64,000 nt of DNA, from positions 55,056,001 to 55,120,000 of the forward strand of contig OX597833.1 of NCBI GenBank assembly GCA_951406725.2, given 5' to 3'. The notes below the pieces were generated by a model. The model had not been told where the DNA came from and made no database searches. It was given only the letters and a program-made list of their open reading frames with translations. Position numbers and translations under genes: made by a program. Of this stretch, positions 50,586-63,196 are shown piece after piece; positions within the stretch are counted from its first letter, which is position 1; each line of letters begins with the position of its first letter. The stretch comes from Octopus vulgaris. Lineage: Eukaryota.

Positions 50586-52173
50586 GTAAGTCAATGGCGC
50601 TGGTGATGTTGACGGATCATCATCGCAATCGTTGTCACCTTCACCACCCAGCCCCCCCCACCCTCTCCAAACCGTTATCGCCACCACCAATGCTACTTCT
50701 TGCGCCACCATCAGCAACACCAGACACCAATACCACCAATACATTACAGATGAACGCCCGACGTAGCAGAATTGTATATTAAATTGTAAAATTGTAAAAT
50801 TGTATTCTAAATTAAACTGCGAGTTTTGGGGGGCTCGTAAGCCGTTCCATTTGATTCATTACAAATAATTCATATTTTTCGATTTTTTTTATTATATGTA
50901 CCCCATGTCCTGTTTTGTAATGTCCCCTCTTAATTCGGGCCTTAGTGCCTATAATAAAGATAAAACCAATACCACCTCGTCGTCACCACCACCACCTTCA
51001 ATATTGAGAGTATGATATTTCTGCAAGTCAATTTATTTGAAAAAACCAACTCGGCTAGTCAACTCTCTCTTGCACCCATCCAGAGCTTTAACCTTCACCA
51101 GCTCAAAGAGCAATAAGAAGTATCTTTGCAAAGGAATGTTTATTGACATTTTTAAGCAGATTGAAATAATCTATCTTGCCAAATACTTCCTTTTATAAAA
51201 GGATTAACCGTTGTTTAGCCCTACCTAGATTAGCCTTGACCAAAGGAGTTCAAACTTTGGTCAGCCTTTTTTGTTTTGGAGTATTCATTATTATTATTAT
51301 TATCATTGTTTATTTTTAAAATGACACAATAAGATAGCTATGAATGACCATATCTGACTAGTTTGAACATAAAATAGGTAGAATATTTTGGCCGGATAGG
51401 GCCGGTTTAAACACTAAAGGGTTAAAACATAAAACATGCAAGCACCAATAAGAATTTGAATATGCAGCAGTTTTGAAAAGTTCTAACATGATTTTTGTGG
51501 GATTTTTTTTTTTTACTTTTACTCTCAATAAGAATTCCCTTTAAGTACATGCTATCATCCTATACACAGTTGTGTGCAGGAATTCACACACACACAGACA
51601 CTTCCCTTGCTTGATTTTGAACTTGAATTTTTTTTTCTTCTTTGCTATATTTCAAATAGAGAGATTCAGCTCCTATGAAGTGGCAGCAAAGTTTTAATTA
51701 AGGATTGGTGAAACTTGTGCATTACAGAGAATATGTATGTGTGTATGGTATATGCGTGTGTCTATATTATGTGTGTGTGTACATATAAAAGCTTAAAATC
51801 CATTTTAGGGAAGTGTTTGTACACATCGTCATTGCCATTACTGTTTTAGAAAGCGAAATAATGCAGCAGGGCGAAGATTAAGGATTAAATATAAATAAGG
51901 ATAAAGATTATGCTTTTACCTTAATGCATTTAATAATGCAAATATTTCAGGTGAAAAATCTCCTTCCAAAAAGTTCAGAGAATGGGAGAAAATATGAAGG
52001 CTTGTTGTGGATTCATGTCTTCATGACAAAAGTGAGAGACCCACATGTTGTTCAGCATTTGGAAAGTGGGTTTGTAAATTGCATGGCAAGGGGTAATTAA
52101 TTACTCAGATGACATAAGCTCACAACCACATCTGCGATGCAGGTGTGGGTAGATGACCAGTGTTTATAGATTA

Positions 52174-52567
52174 CTAGCAGTATCGCCCGGCGTTGCTCGG
52201 GTTTGTAAGGGAAATAACTATATAAGCATTTTTAGAGATGTAAAGTATAATAGCCATCTCAATATGGCTAACCACAAAGGGGGGGGTGTTACTGTAGCTT
52301 TTTTACGTTCTGAGATTTAATACATTTTTAGAGAGTTACTTCCCTTATATATGCCAAAAATGCATTAAAAATGGGAAAAATTGATGGTAAATTTTTTTTA
52401 AACCGTAGACTCATCGTAGACGCGCGCTAATACCCAGAAGGGCTCGATATGAATCACGACTATAAGATACCCGGTTTTGGTTAAACTGCACCGCAAAATG
52501 TGGGAGTAGTTAGGAATCTAAATCATAGGAAACAGACAGCACACAACCTCACTTTTATATATAAAGA
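52174..52567 (-). mobile_element. Non-autonomous Helitron, complete
   Basis: Minus strand: A|TCTTTATATATAAAAG ... cccgagcaacgccgggcgatactgCTAG|T. 5' TC, subterminal hairpin, 3' CTAG, inserted between A and T, no TSD. Confidence 0.9.
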
Positions 52568-52685
52568 TTGGTATTGTAGTGGTGATGTTGGTGGTGGTGG
52601 TGGTGGTGGAAGTTTCTCCTTCTGTAGGCATTTCTGTGAAGGAGTTTCTGAACGGACCGGCTTTCTATCCAGCTCTCCTCCTTAC

Positions 52686-52757
52686 CGATAGTTATCAATT
52701 GTGGTTGCCTCGATGGTGCAGTCGGTCGGTGCATCATACTTAGAGACAGCATCTTCA
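52686..52757 (-). CDS. Candidate 72-nt exon (phase 2-2)
   Basis: Acceptor ttcctcctgtgtgtcttttaacAG; EDAVSKYDAPTDCTIEATTIDNY(R); donor cg|GTAAGG. Confidence 0.42.
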
Positions 52758-53052
52758 CTGTTAAAAGACACACAGGAGGAATGCGGAGGAGACTGTGAGT
52801 TCAAACCACACCCAAGCACTGATATATTTTGAGTGGCAGCAAGGCTGGGTGGATAAAAAAGTTGCTTTGCAACCAACTGGTGCAACCTGTTGTTGAATGG
52901 TATTGGTGGATATGCACAAAGACACACACATGCACATGTTGTACATTTGTGTGTGTGTGTGTGTATGTAAAAGCAAAAATGCTATTTATAAAATCTTTCT
53001 TATCTTAGAGATCAACACAGTAGTTGTACTGACAAGTAATGTTCGTAGCCAC

Positions 53053-54014
53053 TTTAACCCTTTCGTTTCCAACCCGGCTGAAACCGGTTCTGGCTCTCAG
53101 TATAAATGTCTTGTTTTCATAAGTTCTGAATTAAAATCTTCCACCAAACCTTAGTCACAATTTATGTTCGTAACGCTAACTTAATGATAACTAAGTTATT
53201 TTACTAAATCCTTTGTTATATTTAAAGTAATTGAAAGAAACACATAGCATCTCAAAATAAATACAGTAACAAAAGGGTTAACAAATGATAAATTTAACCC
53301 TTTCAATACCAACCCGGCTGAAACCAGCTCTGGCTCTGAGTACAAATGTCTTGTTTCCATAAGTTTTCAATTAAAATCTTCCATCAAACCTTAGTCACAA
53401 TTTATGTTCCCTAACACTAGCTGAATGATAACTAAGCTATTTTACTAAATTCTTTGTTATATTTAAAGTAATTGAAAGAAACACAGAACATCTCAACAGA
53501 AATATGGTAACAAAAGGGTTAACAAATGATTAATTTAACCCTTTTAATACCAACCCGGCTGAAACCAGCTCTGGCTCTGAGTACAAATGTCTTGTTTCCA
53601 TAACTTTTCAATTAAAATCTTCCATCAAACTTTAGTCACAATTTATGTTCCCTAACACTAACTTAATGATAACTAAGTTATTTTACTAAATCCTTTGTTA
53701 TATTTAAAGTAATTGAAAGAAACACAGAGCATCACAAAATAAATACAGTAATGAAAGGGTTAAATATATAATAGAGAAACAATTCTTAACCCTTTTAATA
53801 CCAACCCAGCTGAAACCACTTCTGGCTCTGTAGTACAAATGTCTTGTTTTCATAAGTTCTGAACTAAAATCTTCCATCAAACCTTAGTCACAATTTATGT
53901 TCCTAACACTAGCCTAATGATAACTAAGTTATTTTACTAAATCCTTTGTTATATTTAAAGTAATTGAAAGAAACACAGAGCATCTCAAAATAAATACAGT
54001 AACGAAAGGGTTAA
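53053..54014. mobile_element. Head-to-tail array of four piggyBac-type P1 MITEs
   Basis: Four ~228-bp units, each TTAACCCTTT...AAAGGGTTAA; spacers caaatgataaat, caaatgattaat and atatataatagagaaacaattc. Confidence 0.92.
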
Positions 54015-54313
54015 CATGTGGCTGTCCGTTTGAACTGACTCTACTCCGATTTCTAACCCTAATGTATGTGTGTGTGTGTGTGTATTCATATGAGGGAGTT
54101 CTGAAAAGCACCTGAATTTAAGGGTATCCTGAAAGGCATGGTTGGAGGCCCAAACATTGGAGTTCTTTTACAGGGCTTAGAAAAACTGAAGGATTGCTGC
54201 TATAAGTGTGTGAACCTGAGAGGTGGGAAATATGCCGAATATAATCATAATTAACTGATCTTCGTGTATTTTCTTTAACCCAAAGCTAGGAACTTTTCAG
54301 TACCACCTCGTAT

Positions 54314-54479
54314 AGGCGCAGGAGTGGCTGTGTGGTAAGTAGCTTGCTAACCAACCACATGGTTCCAGGTTCAGTCCCACTGCGTGGCATCTTGAGCAAG
54401 TGTCTTCTGCTATAGCCCCGGGCCGACCTATGCCTTGTGAGTGGATTTGGTAGACGGAAACTGAAAGAAGCCTGTCGTA

Positions 54480-54519
<40 letters not shown>

Positions 54520-54745
54520 TGTGTGTGTATATGTTTGTGTGTCTGTGTTTGTCCCCCTAGCATTGCTTGACAACCGATGCTGGTGTGTTTACGTCCCCGT
54601 CACTTAGCGGTTTGGCAAAAGAGACCAATAGAATAAGTACTGGGCTTACAAAGAATAAGTCCTGGGGTCGATTTGCTCGACTAAAGGCGGTGCTCCAGCA
54701 TGGCCGCAGTCAAATGACTGAAACAAGTAAAAAGAGAGTAAAGAG
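54314..54745 (+). mobile_element. SINE family A, full length
   Basis: Family A consensus. Confidence 0.92.
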
Positions 54746-55408
54746 TATACACACACACACACACTGAACTTCCATATAGTTGCCGTCTATCAAGTTCATT
54801 CATAAAATGTTGTTTTTTTTTTGTTTTAATTTCAATTCTGACCTAAGTAGGGTTTTGAATGATAGAATTTCAGTGAACTTTAATGTTTAGTCTTTCTTGG
54901 GATACAAATATATATATATATATATTAGCATTATAAAAGTCCTGACAATTTAATATTATATGATGAAATCACTCCCTTGAGATCTTTTGTTTGGGGGACA
55001 ATATCTGGAAATTTTATTTACTGTCAAATTCATGAACAAAACACTACTAAATTCTGACATGTTGTAAAAATACAATGGAAGAGACTTGACCTATTAAAAC
55101 TTTGAAAGAAAACCCATTATCCCCCACAATACACACACCAAAACCATTTTTGTATGAATAATCCTCATATAATAGTCCTATACCATGACACATATCAAAC
55201 CTGTTATACCTAGGTATTTAGAGAGAGCGGGAGAGAGAGAGAGAGAGAGGGGTGAGGTGCATGTTAAGCAATTTCTAGAAGAAATTTCAAGGTTTGCTGT
55301 TGTTGTTGTTGTTGTTGTTTGTAGCTCTCACAGCATTGTATTAGGAACCTGTGCTTACCCAGAATTCATCACTTCAGAACAATCAGGTCTTTATTTTCTT
55401 TCCTGTAG

Positions 55409-55551
55409 CGATTTATTGAATGCCTTGTTATTCCTGACCCTAACTTACTTAATAGTGAGAAGGGAGTGAATACCCCGAGGAGGGAATGGTTACCTTCTCC
55501 CAGCTATTTTTCCTTTGGATTAACTACAAGCAGAGAGTTCAGTTCTGTAAG
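55409..55551 (+). CDS. Candidate exon (phase 0-2)
   Basis: Acceptor ctttattttctttcctgtAG; open frame RFIECLVIPDPNLLNSEKGVNTPRREWLPSPSYFSFGLTTSREFSSV; donor aag|GTAAAT; phase-compatible with 58214. An alternative shorter frame (DLLNALLFLTLTYLIVRR) also fits. Confidence 0.35.
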
Positions 55552-55751
55552 GTAAATTAAAGCAATCAGTAATTAAAAAAAAAATTATTGTTTTGTATAT
55601 CACTTGTTTTCAGTCATTGGACTGTGGCCTTGATGAGGCCCTACCTTGAAAGAGCAACCTTCAGCACTATTTTTTTGTTATATCTGGTATTCTGTAAGTC
55701 TCTTTTTGCTGAGCTGCTAAGTTCCAGGGATGTAAGCAAACCAACACTGGT

Positions 55752-56411
55752 TGTTTGTCCTCCCTGTGTTTAGCTCGTTGTGGGTAGTAAAGAAATAGGT
55801 ATTTCGTCTGAGTTCAAATTCCGCCGAGGTGGACTTTGCCTTTCATCCTTCCGGGGTCGATAAATTAAGTACCAGTTATGCCCTGGGGTTGATGTAATCG
55901 ACTTAATCCGTTTGTCCTCCCTGTGTTTAGCCCGTTGTGGGTAGTAAAGAAATAGGTATTTCGTCCGAGTTCAAATTCCGCCGAGGTTGACTTTGCCTTT
56001 CATCCTTCCGGGGTCGATAAATTAAGTACCAGTTATGCTCTGGGGTTGATATAATCGACTTAATCCGTTTGTCTGTCCTTGTTTGTCCTCCTTGTGTTTA
56101 GCCCGTTGCGGGTAGTAAAGAAATAGGTATTTCGTCTGAGTTCAAATTCTGCCGAGGTGGACTTTGCCTTTCATCCTTCCGGGGTCGATAAATTAAGTAC
56201 CAGTTATGCACTGGGGTTGATGTAATCGACTTAATCCATTTGTCTGTCCTTGTTTGTCCTCCCTGTGTTTAGCCCGTTGTGGGTAGTAAAGAAATAGGTA
56301 TTTCGTCTGAGTTCAAATTCCGCCGAGGTCGACTTTGCCTTTCATCCTTTCGGGGTCGATAAATTAAGTGCCAGTTATGCACTGGGGTTGATATAATCGA
56401 CTTAATCCGTT
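55752..56411 (+). repeat. Tandem array (~4 units, 166-180 bp) of headless SINE B 3' bodies
   Basis: Unit ...gggtagtaaagaaataggtatttcgtctgagttcaaattc... recurs at ~55782, 55940, 56110 and 56281. Confidence 0.92.
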
Positions 56412-56592
56412 CAAAATGATACACTTAGACATGTACAGGCACACAGAGCAAATTATGAGGTAAAATGAATAACTGAAGGATGATAAAAATGAAACGCAAA
56501 AAGAAAATGGAGCCAACCCAGCAGCAGAAATGAAACAGAATTTAATCCTGTATTTTTTGACAGGTACTATGCTAGTATATATACATACACAC

Positions 56593-56699
56593 ATTATTAC
56601 CTCGGCCTTAGTGAAGGTAGAGGTATTGTTTTCAGTCGTGTTTGTTTGTCCATGGACAAGATGTCTCAAGAACCACTGGATGGATTCGGATGAAGCTTT
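56593..56699 (+). mobile_element. Helentron/HINE-like non-autonomous element 5' fragment
   Basis: ttattacctc.gcc...gaggtattgttttc...tgtttgtttgtcc...actggatggatt: short inverted repeat plus (GTTT)n layout typical of such elements. Confidence 0.4.
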
Positions 56700-56827
56700 A
56701 TTATTAATTTTATTCGCGTTTCTATCTTAGTAGAATCTGATGGATAAAGAAATCAATCTACATAAACAAAACGGTAGCAAAAACCATTCAGAAATTAAAT
56801 AACACTAACATATTTTAGTGATATATA

Positions 56828-57216
56828 CCTTTATATATAAAAGTCAAGTTGTGTGTCTGTCTCCTACGATTTGGATTCCTAACTACTCCCACATTTTGCG
56901 GTGCAGTTTAACCAAAACCGGGTATCCTATAGTCGTGATTCATATCGAGCCCTTCTGGGAATTAGCACGCGTCTACGATGAGTCTACGATTTAAAAAAAA
57001 AATTACCATCATTTTTTTCCATTTTTTTCGCTATTATATAAGGGAAGTAACTCTCTAAAAATGTCTACGATGAGTCAACGATTTTTAAAAAAATTTACCA
57101 TAATTTTTTTTATATTTTTAATGCATTTTTTTGCTATTTTTTGGCTATAACTCTCTAAAAATGCTTATATAGTTATTTCCCTTACAAACCCAAGCAACGC
57201 CGGGCGATACTGCTAG
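56828..57216 (+). mobile_element. Non-autonomous Helitron, complete (5' CC variant)
   Basis: a|cctttatatataaaag ... aaacccaagcaacgccgggcgatactgCTAG|t; paralog of 52174-52567 with a different interior. Confidence 0.88.
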
Positions 57217-57546
57217 TATTATATATTATACATACATATTAACACTTTACAGTATACTTACATATATATATATATATATATATACATCTATACATCGTTC
57301 TAAAACAACAGGAATACTAAAGGAAGGCTGGAATTTAAGAGAAGAGAAAACCAAAAGATCTCATGCTATTCATTGAAAAATTCCTGAGTAGAACTTATTA
57401 TAACCTCCGCCTTTGAAACTATTTTGAATGGTAAATTTGTTAACTTTGGCTTGTATTAGATAAGGATAAACTATTTATTAGTGTTACTAAATTCTCTACA
57501 GCCACCTTCACATTCCACGATGACCATTGGGGATTAGGACAAGGAT

Positions 57547-57964
57547 TACTCTTTACTCTTTTACTTGTTTCAGGCATTTGACTGCGGCCATGCTGGAGCA
57601 CCGCCTTTAATCGAGCAACTCGACCCCGGCACTTATTCTTTGTAAGGCCTGTACTTACTTATTCTATCGGTCTGTTTTGCCGAACCGCTTAGTGACAGGG
57701 ACATAAACACACCAGCATCGGTTGTCAAGCAATGCTAGGGGGACAAGCACAGACATACAAACACACACACATACATATATATATGTATATATATATACAT
57801 ATATACGACAGGCTTCTTTCAGTTTCCGTCTACCAAATCCACTCACAAGGCTTTGGTCGGCCCGAGGCTGTAGTAGAAGACACTTGCCCAAGGTGCCACG
57901 CAGTGGGACTGAGCCCAGAACCATGTGGTTGGTAAACAAGCTAGTTACCACACAGCCACTCCTG
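57547..57964 (-). mobile_element. SINE family A, full length
   Basis: Family A consensus. Confidence 0.92.
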
Positions 57965-58213
57965 GGACTAGATTCTGGATACTTTTTTAAAATATTTTTC
58001 TTTTTATTTAATTTTTGAGAGCAGTCAGGTTCATTTTTAATATTCTCGTTTGTGAGAGCAGTTGAGTTTATTTCAGATATTCTCATTTTAAAAACCATTT
58101 CTGGCTAATCGTTGAGAGGACATTGGTGTTGCCTTGGTGGAGGTCTGCTCTCTGCATGCTCTTGTTATTTATTATTTGTTTATTTTATTGATTATTTTTC
58201 TTCTTTTTTGCAG

Positions 58214-58339
58214 TTCCATCTATTTTGTGATGAAAGCCATGCCTGACAGTGGGCCTAAAAACAGCAATGGCTGGAGACGCTACCACCTGCGTCGTATCGG
58301 TCCAAAAGCCAGCAAACAGGGAGTAGCAGATATCATGGA
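58214..58339 (+). CDS. Internal coding exon (126 nt, phase 2-2), protein unidentified
   Basis: Very strong acceptor tttttcttcttttttgcAG and donor ga|GTAAGT. GC-rich, with only one frame open: SIYFVMKAMPDSGPKNSNGWRRYHLRRIGPKASKQGVADIM. Confidence 0.68.
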
Positions 58340-58789
58340 GTAAGTCGCAAGTTCCTTGTTATATATATTTCTTTTTGGTGTTATTTCTGTTGTTTTTTTT
58401 TTTGAGTCTGTGTGAACACAAAAAAAAAACCAAAAATAAATTGGACAATAACGTTATTAATGTGAGCCATAAAGTTTTAATTAATTAAAATTGCAGCCTT
58501 AGTGAGAGAAAGCAAAAAAAAAAAAAAAAAATCAAAGACAAGAACATCGTTACCTTAATGAGTAAATTCTAATCTACCTGTTGAAAAATGTGTTTTTGTA
58601 GGTGTATTTGTGATCTTTTTGGTTTTGGTTTGATTCATTTGTGATTTTTTGGTTATTTCTACATGTTTCACATTCACAAACACACACACATGCACACACA
58701 CACACACATATATTTATACAAGATGGAGTTAGTGGATTGTGTGGAATTAGTAGAGCATTGTACAGAATATCTTGTTAGTTATTTTGGTT

Positions 58790-59200
58790 GGCGAGCTGGC
58801 AGAATCGTTAGCGCGCCGGGCGAAATGCTCGGCAGTATTTCGTCTGCCACTACGTTCTGAGTTCAAATTCCGCTGAGGTCGACTTTGCCTTTCATCCTTT
58901 CGGGGTTGATTAAATAAGTACCAGTTATGCACTGGGCTCGATATAATCTACTTAATCCGTTTGTCTGTCCTTGTTTGTCCCCTCTGTGTTTAGCCCCTTG
59001 TGGGTAGTAAAAAAATAGGTATTTTGTCTGCCGTTACATTCTGAGTTCATATTCCGCCGAGGTCGACTTTGCCTTTCATCCTTTCGGGGGTCGATTAAAT
59101 AAGTACCAGTTACGCACTGGGGTCAATATAATCGACTTAATCCGTTTGTCTGTCCTTGTTTGTCCCTTCTGTGTTTAGCCCCTTGTGGGTTGTAAAGAAA
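58790..59200 (+). mobile_element. SINE family B, dimeric copy
   Basis: Head plus two bodies. Confidence 0.9.
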
Positions 59201-59577
59201 TATATTTTGGTTGTGTCACTTTAGCTCTAAGTTCAAATATCATCACCCAACCCTGGTCCACTTTGGCTTTCAAGGCGGATAAAGTAAGTACAGGAGATGA
59301 GACAAGGGGCAGCGTAAACAGGCTAAACCTTTTGGAGAAACTGATCCAGAATGTTTTGCAGATAAAAGACAGTTAGAATATAAATTGCACATACATGCAT
59401 ATACACATGCGTACGTGCATATTATTTTCCAAGCTCTAACAACAAATTTGTCTATTTAGCATTGCATCCAATGCATATGTAAATTCTGTTTGTGACAATT
59501 TTGAGATATATTATTGTTGAAATAAACTGACCAATCTCTGAACCCCATCTTTTCCACTTCTGAATTCTCCAGTCATT

Positions 59578-59806
59578 TTAACCCTTTAGCATTTAGACCG
59601 GCCATATCTGGCCAAAAGTATTCTGCCGGTTTTATGTTCAAACTGGCCAGATCTGGTCTCTCACACCAACCCTACAATATCGTTTTAAAAATTAACAGTT
59701 ACCTCATCAAATTCTCATGGCTACAAGATAATGCATGATTAGTTAAAAACAATGAGGATAAAAAAGGATTAATTTTGGCAGAATAATGTGAACACTAAAG
59801 GGTTAA
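59578..59806. mobile_element. piggyBac-type MITE family P2, complete
   Basis: TTAA-CCCTTTAG ... CTAAAGGG-TTAA. Confidence 0.88.
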
Positions 59807-60307
59807 GCTATCCTCTTCCCACATATAAACATAGACACAGGTTTGATTTGAACCCAACACTTTTATTTCTGATGCAGAGTTTCAACATATATAACCTCTT
59901 TTCTACAGTTCCACAAGGCAAATTGTTGAAGTTTCAAGATATTGAAACTCACACTACAATACTTTGTTTAAGGCAGCTTAATTGACTAGGGTAGGGGCTC
60001 TCAACCAGTGGGCCAAAAACCAGTACTGGCCCTAAGAGAAAGAGTAACTTGAAAAAAATTTATTTCTACTTTATTGACAATCTGTAGAGTGTTTTTTTTT
60101 TGTGTTATATAAGTATTATATATGTAATAATTAAATTATGTGTTATGCACCTTATTGTGTTTTGTTGTGTGTGTGATCTCCCGGTCTGTGGAAAATTTGT
60201 TTTGCATGAACCCAGTTTGTGGTGCAAATTAAGTTGCAGACTCCTTGTTTGTCCTCTCTATGTTTAGCCCCTTGTGGGCAGTAAAGAAATAAGAAACTGC
60301 ATTGCAG

Positions 60308-60419
60308 CACCTTCCCAAAGGGTGCCAGGTGCAATTTGATCCTTTGCCATGTCGAGAGTTACAGAGCCTATGAAAACGGTTTGCATTCCATACTTACTGC
60401 CCACTTTGCCAAGATTTGA
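60308..60419 (+). CDS. Possible terminal exon following 58214-58339
   Basis: Phase-2 continuation gives (D)TFPKGARCNLILCHVESYRAYENGLHSILTAHFAKI*; the acceptor ttgcAG has a weak pyrimidine tract. Confidence 0.25.
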
Positions 60420-61186
60420 ACTCGTACCAACGGGACACCAAACCAGCACCTTGTTTGTTAATATACTGTAATTATCACAACTATTTTTGTTCGAATTGAA
60501 TATACACCATTATTGTTGCTTGCAGTGTAGTGTTTGGGGTGAAAAACTATACGGTTATTGTTGAATATAGAAACTGGCTTATTGTCTATATTGCATAAGC
60601 TTTTCTTAAGACATGAGTCATCTCAGCTTTCTTCTTTTATTATTATTATTATTGTTATTTTATTTTTATTTTGTAGTTTTATTTATTTATTTATTTATCT
60701 ATTATTTTCCACATCCGCTCCACCCGCCCACCCACCTACCTACCTACATACTACGGGAGCCCCTGTCTTGAAAGTCAGTTGTGCTTTTTGCCGGGGCAGC
60801 AGAGAAAGCCCATTTCCCCACCCACCCCACCCCACCCCCACCCCACCCCAAATATCTCGTTACATCTGGATATTTATCAAGATTAAAATAATTTCTCTCA
60901 ATATCACCATTGACGTTTTTATGTCTTGGTTTTCCAAACCCTGGCATGAGTAAGACACCAATAACCCCCAGCATCACTTCTCCTCTTCCTTCATCTTCTT
61001 CTCCATCCACTTCTCCATCCACGACCACCACCACCACTGTCCACTTTTACCTCATCTTTCATCATTTCATCTGCGAGAATCTCCAATTCTTTTCAGTTTC
61101 GTCTTAACTACCCGGCTTCTCCGTGTTTTCCTTGGTTTTCATTGCCAACATATCACATTTATTCTCATCATCCACTCTCCCTCTCT

Positions 61187-61225
<39 letters not shown>

Positions 61226-61849
61226 TCCTCAATACATGTCCACGTCTCCTAAATAACCAGGATGCTTTTATTTCCTATTCATTGTCTTATCTTATCCAAA
61301 ACTAACTTTTCTTTGATTTGTATTGCATAGCCTATGAATCATAGTTATATCACTTATTTCAATCTTAGCACACACACACACACATACACACACGTACAAA
61401 TACTGATGCTCCCACCACCTCTCCCCACTCTACCATACATGTCCAAAATCCACCACTGCTGTAAAGGATTACACGGCTAAAATATGTTTCGCTTGCCGCT
61501 TGCTTTGTTTTTATTTCTTTTTACAATGCTGCGAAGAATTCTTTTGTCCTCACACTCTTAACATCACAACAAATGTTAATCACAATGCAGAGATAGTGGC
61601 CACCCACCCCCACCTTCTGTGCCCCTCCCCCACTTTCACTCTCACCTGTCAAAGCCACTTGCAATAAAATTGATTCATTCATTGTAGAAATTCAGGTGAA
61701 AAATATGATGTAACAAGAGGAGAATGTTGAATTGGAATGGATATGTTACAGCACTCTAGTTGTGGTCTCAAATATATATAATTATAGATATTTATGTACA
61801 CACACACACAATTCTATATTTCTGAGATGAGGAATTTATATATATAATG

Positions 61850-61888
<39 letters not shown>

Positions 61889-62442
61889 AATAAATTATGT
61901 TTGGCCTTAGGGATGGCATTCAGGTGTTAAAACCACACCAAATCAGATTGTGGTCTGGTACAATTCTCCAGCTTGCCCGCTCTGGCCAAATTTTCCAACC
62001 CATGCTAGCATGAACAATATACATTAAACGATGATGATGATGATGATATATATATATATATATGTATAATGTGAGGGTGCATTGCCTAATGGTCATGGTA
62101 TTGCACTTACCATCATGAGATCACGAGGTTGTGGTTTCAATTTGTAGACCAGGTGGTGAGTTGTATTCTTGAGCATAGTGCTTCATCTCATCATCATCAT
62201 CATCATCATCAACACTTCATCAAGTCTTGTCTAGACATTGTGTGACGGTTGTAAATGAGTGCCGTCGTTATACAAGTAAGATAGTTCATTCCTTCCAGTC
62301 TTCCAGGAAAATATTACCTCGCTTGGAAACAAGGTGGCGGAGTTTGTGCCAGGAAAGGAAGGGCATCAAGCTGTAGTTAAAAAACCCACCTCGACCAATT
62401 CCATTTGACCTGCTCATGCATAGAAAAGTGGATGTTCAATGA

Positions 62443-62682
62443 TCTTCTTCTTCTTTGTCTTTGTCTTCTTCTTCTCCTTCTTCCTCTTCTTCTTCTTCTT
62501 CTTCATCTTCTACTTCTTCTTCTCCTTCTCTTCCTCCTCCTTCTCCTTCCTCTTCTTCTTCCTCGACTTCTTCTTCTTCTCCTTCTCCTCCTCCTTCCTC
62601 TTCTTCTTCCTCGACTTCCTCTTCTTCCTTGTCTTCCTCTTCTTCCTCTTCCACGTCTTTCTCGTCTTCCTCTTCTATCTCT
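62443..62682. repeat. (TCT/TCC)n repeat
   Basis: Directly visible; source of the poly-E and poly-S ORFs. Confidence 0.93.
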
Positions 62683-63127
62683 TTTGTAGCCATGGCTCTA
62701 ATGAAATACATTGCAGATGTGTATCTGTTAATTATGAAAATATAGGCAAGAATTTTCAGAGATTTTGTATTTAAAAAAACAAAAAACAACAAAAAACAAA
62801 GAAAAAAAACAGAAAAACAAAAAAACATCATCGAAGTTGGTGTTGGAAACATAACTTAGCGAAAAAATTCTTCACGTAGAATCACAACTTCATGTTTTAA
62901 TTTAAATATGAATGCTTTCAAAATGAGATGATTTTGTATCACAGAACCAAACCTGAAGCAGTCTCAGACAGGTCTGGAATCGGTTAATTTGCTTCGTTAC
63001 TTTTAGTTTGTTTAGTTTTGTTCCCCCTTTCTTTTTCGTTTTCTTTCGGAACGGTCTAGAAAATTCTTTAATGTTAGCAACATTAATACATAGCCCCCAC
63101 AGATAGAATGGGCGATAGAGATGGGTT

Positions 63128-63162
63128 TTTATTATTATCATCATTATTATTATTATTAGTAC

Positions 63163-63196
<34 letters not shown>

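Noticed and set aside
51951-52092. Plus-strand open frame VKNLLPKSSENGRKYEG... after tttcAG
   Set aside because: Weak acceptor and phases incompatible with the neighbouring candidate exons; could be chance.
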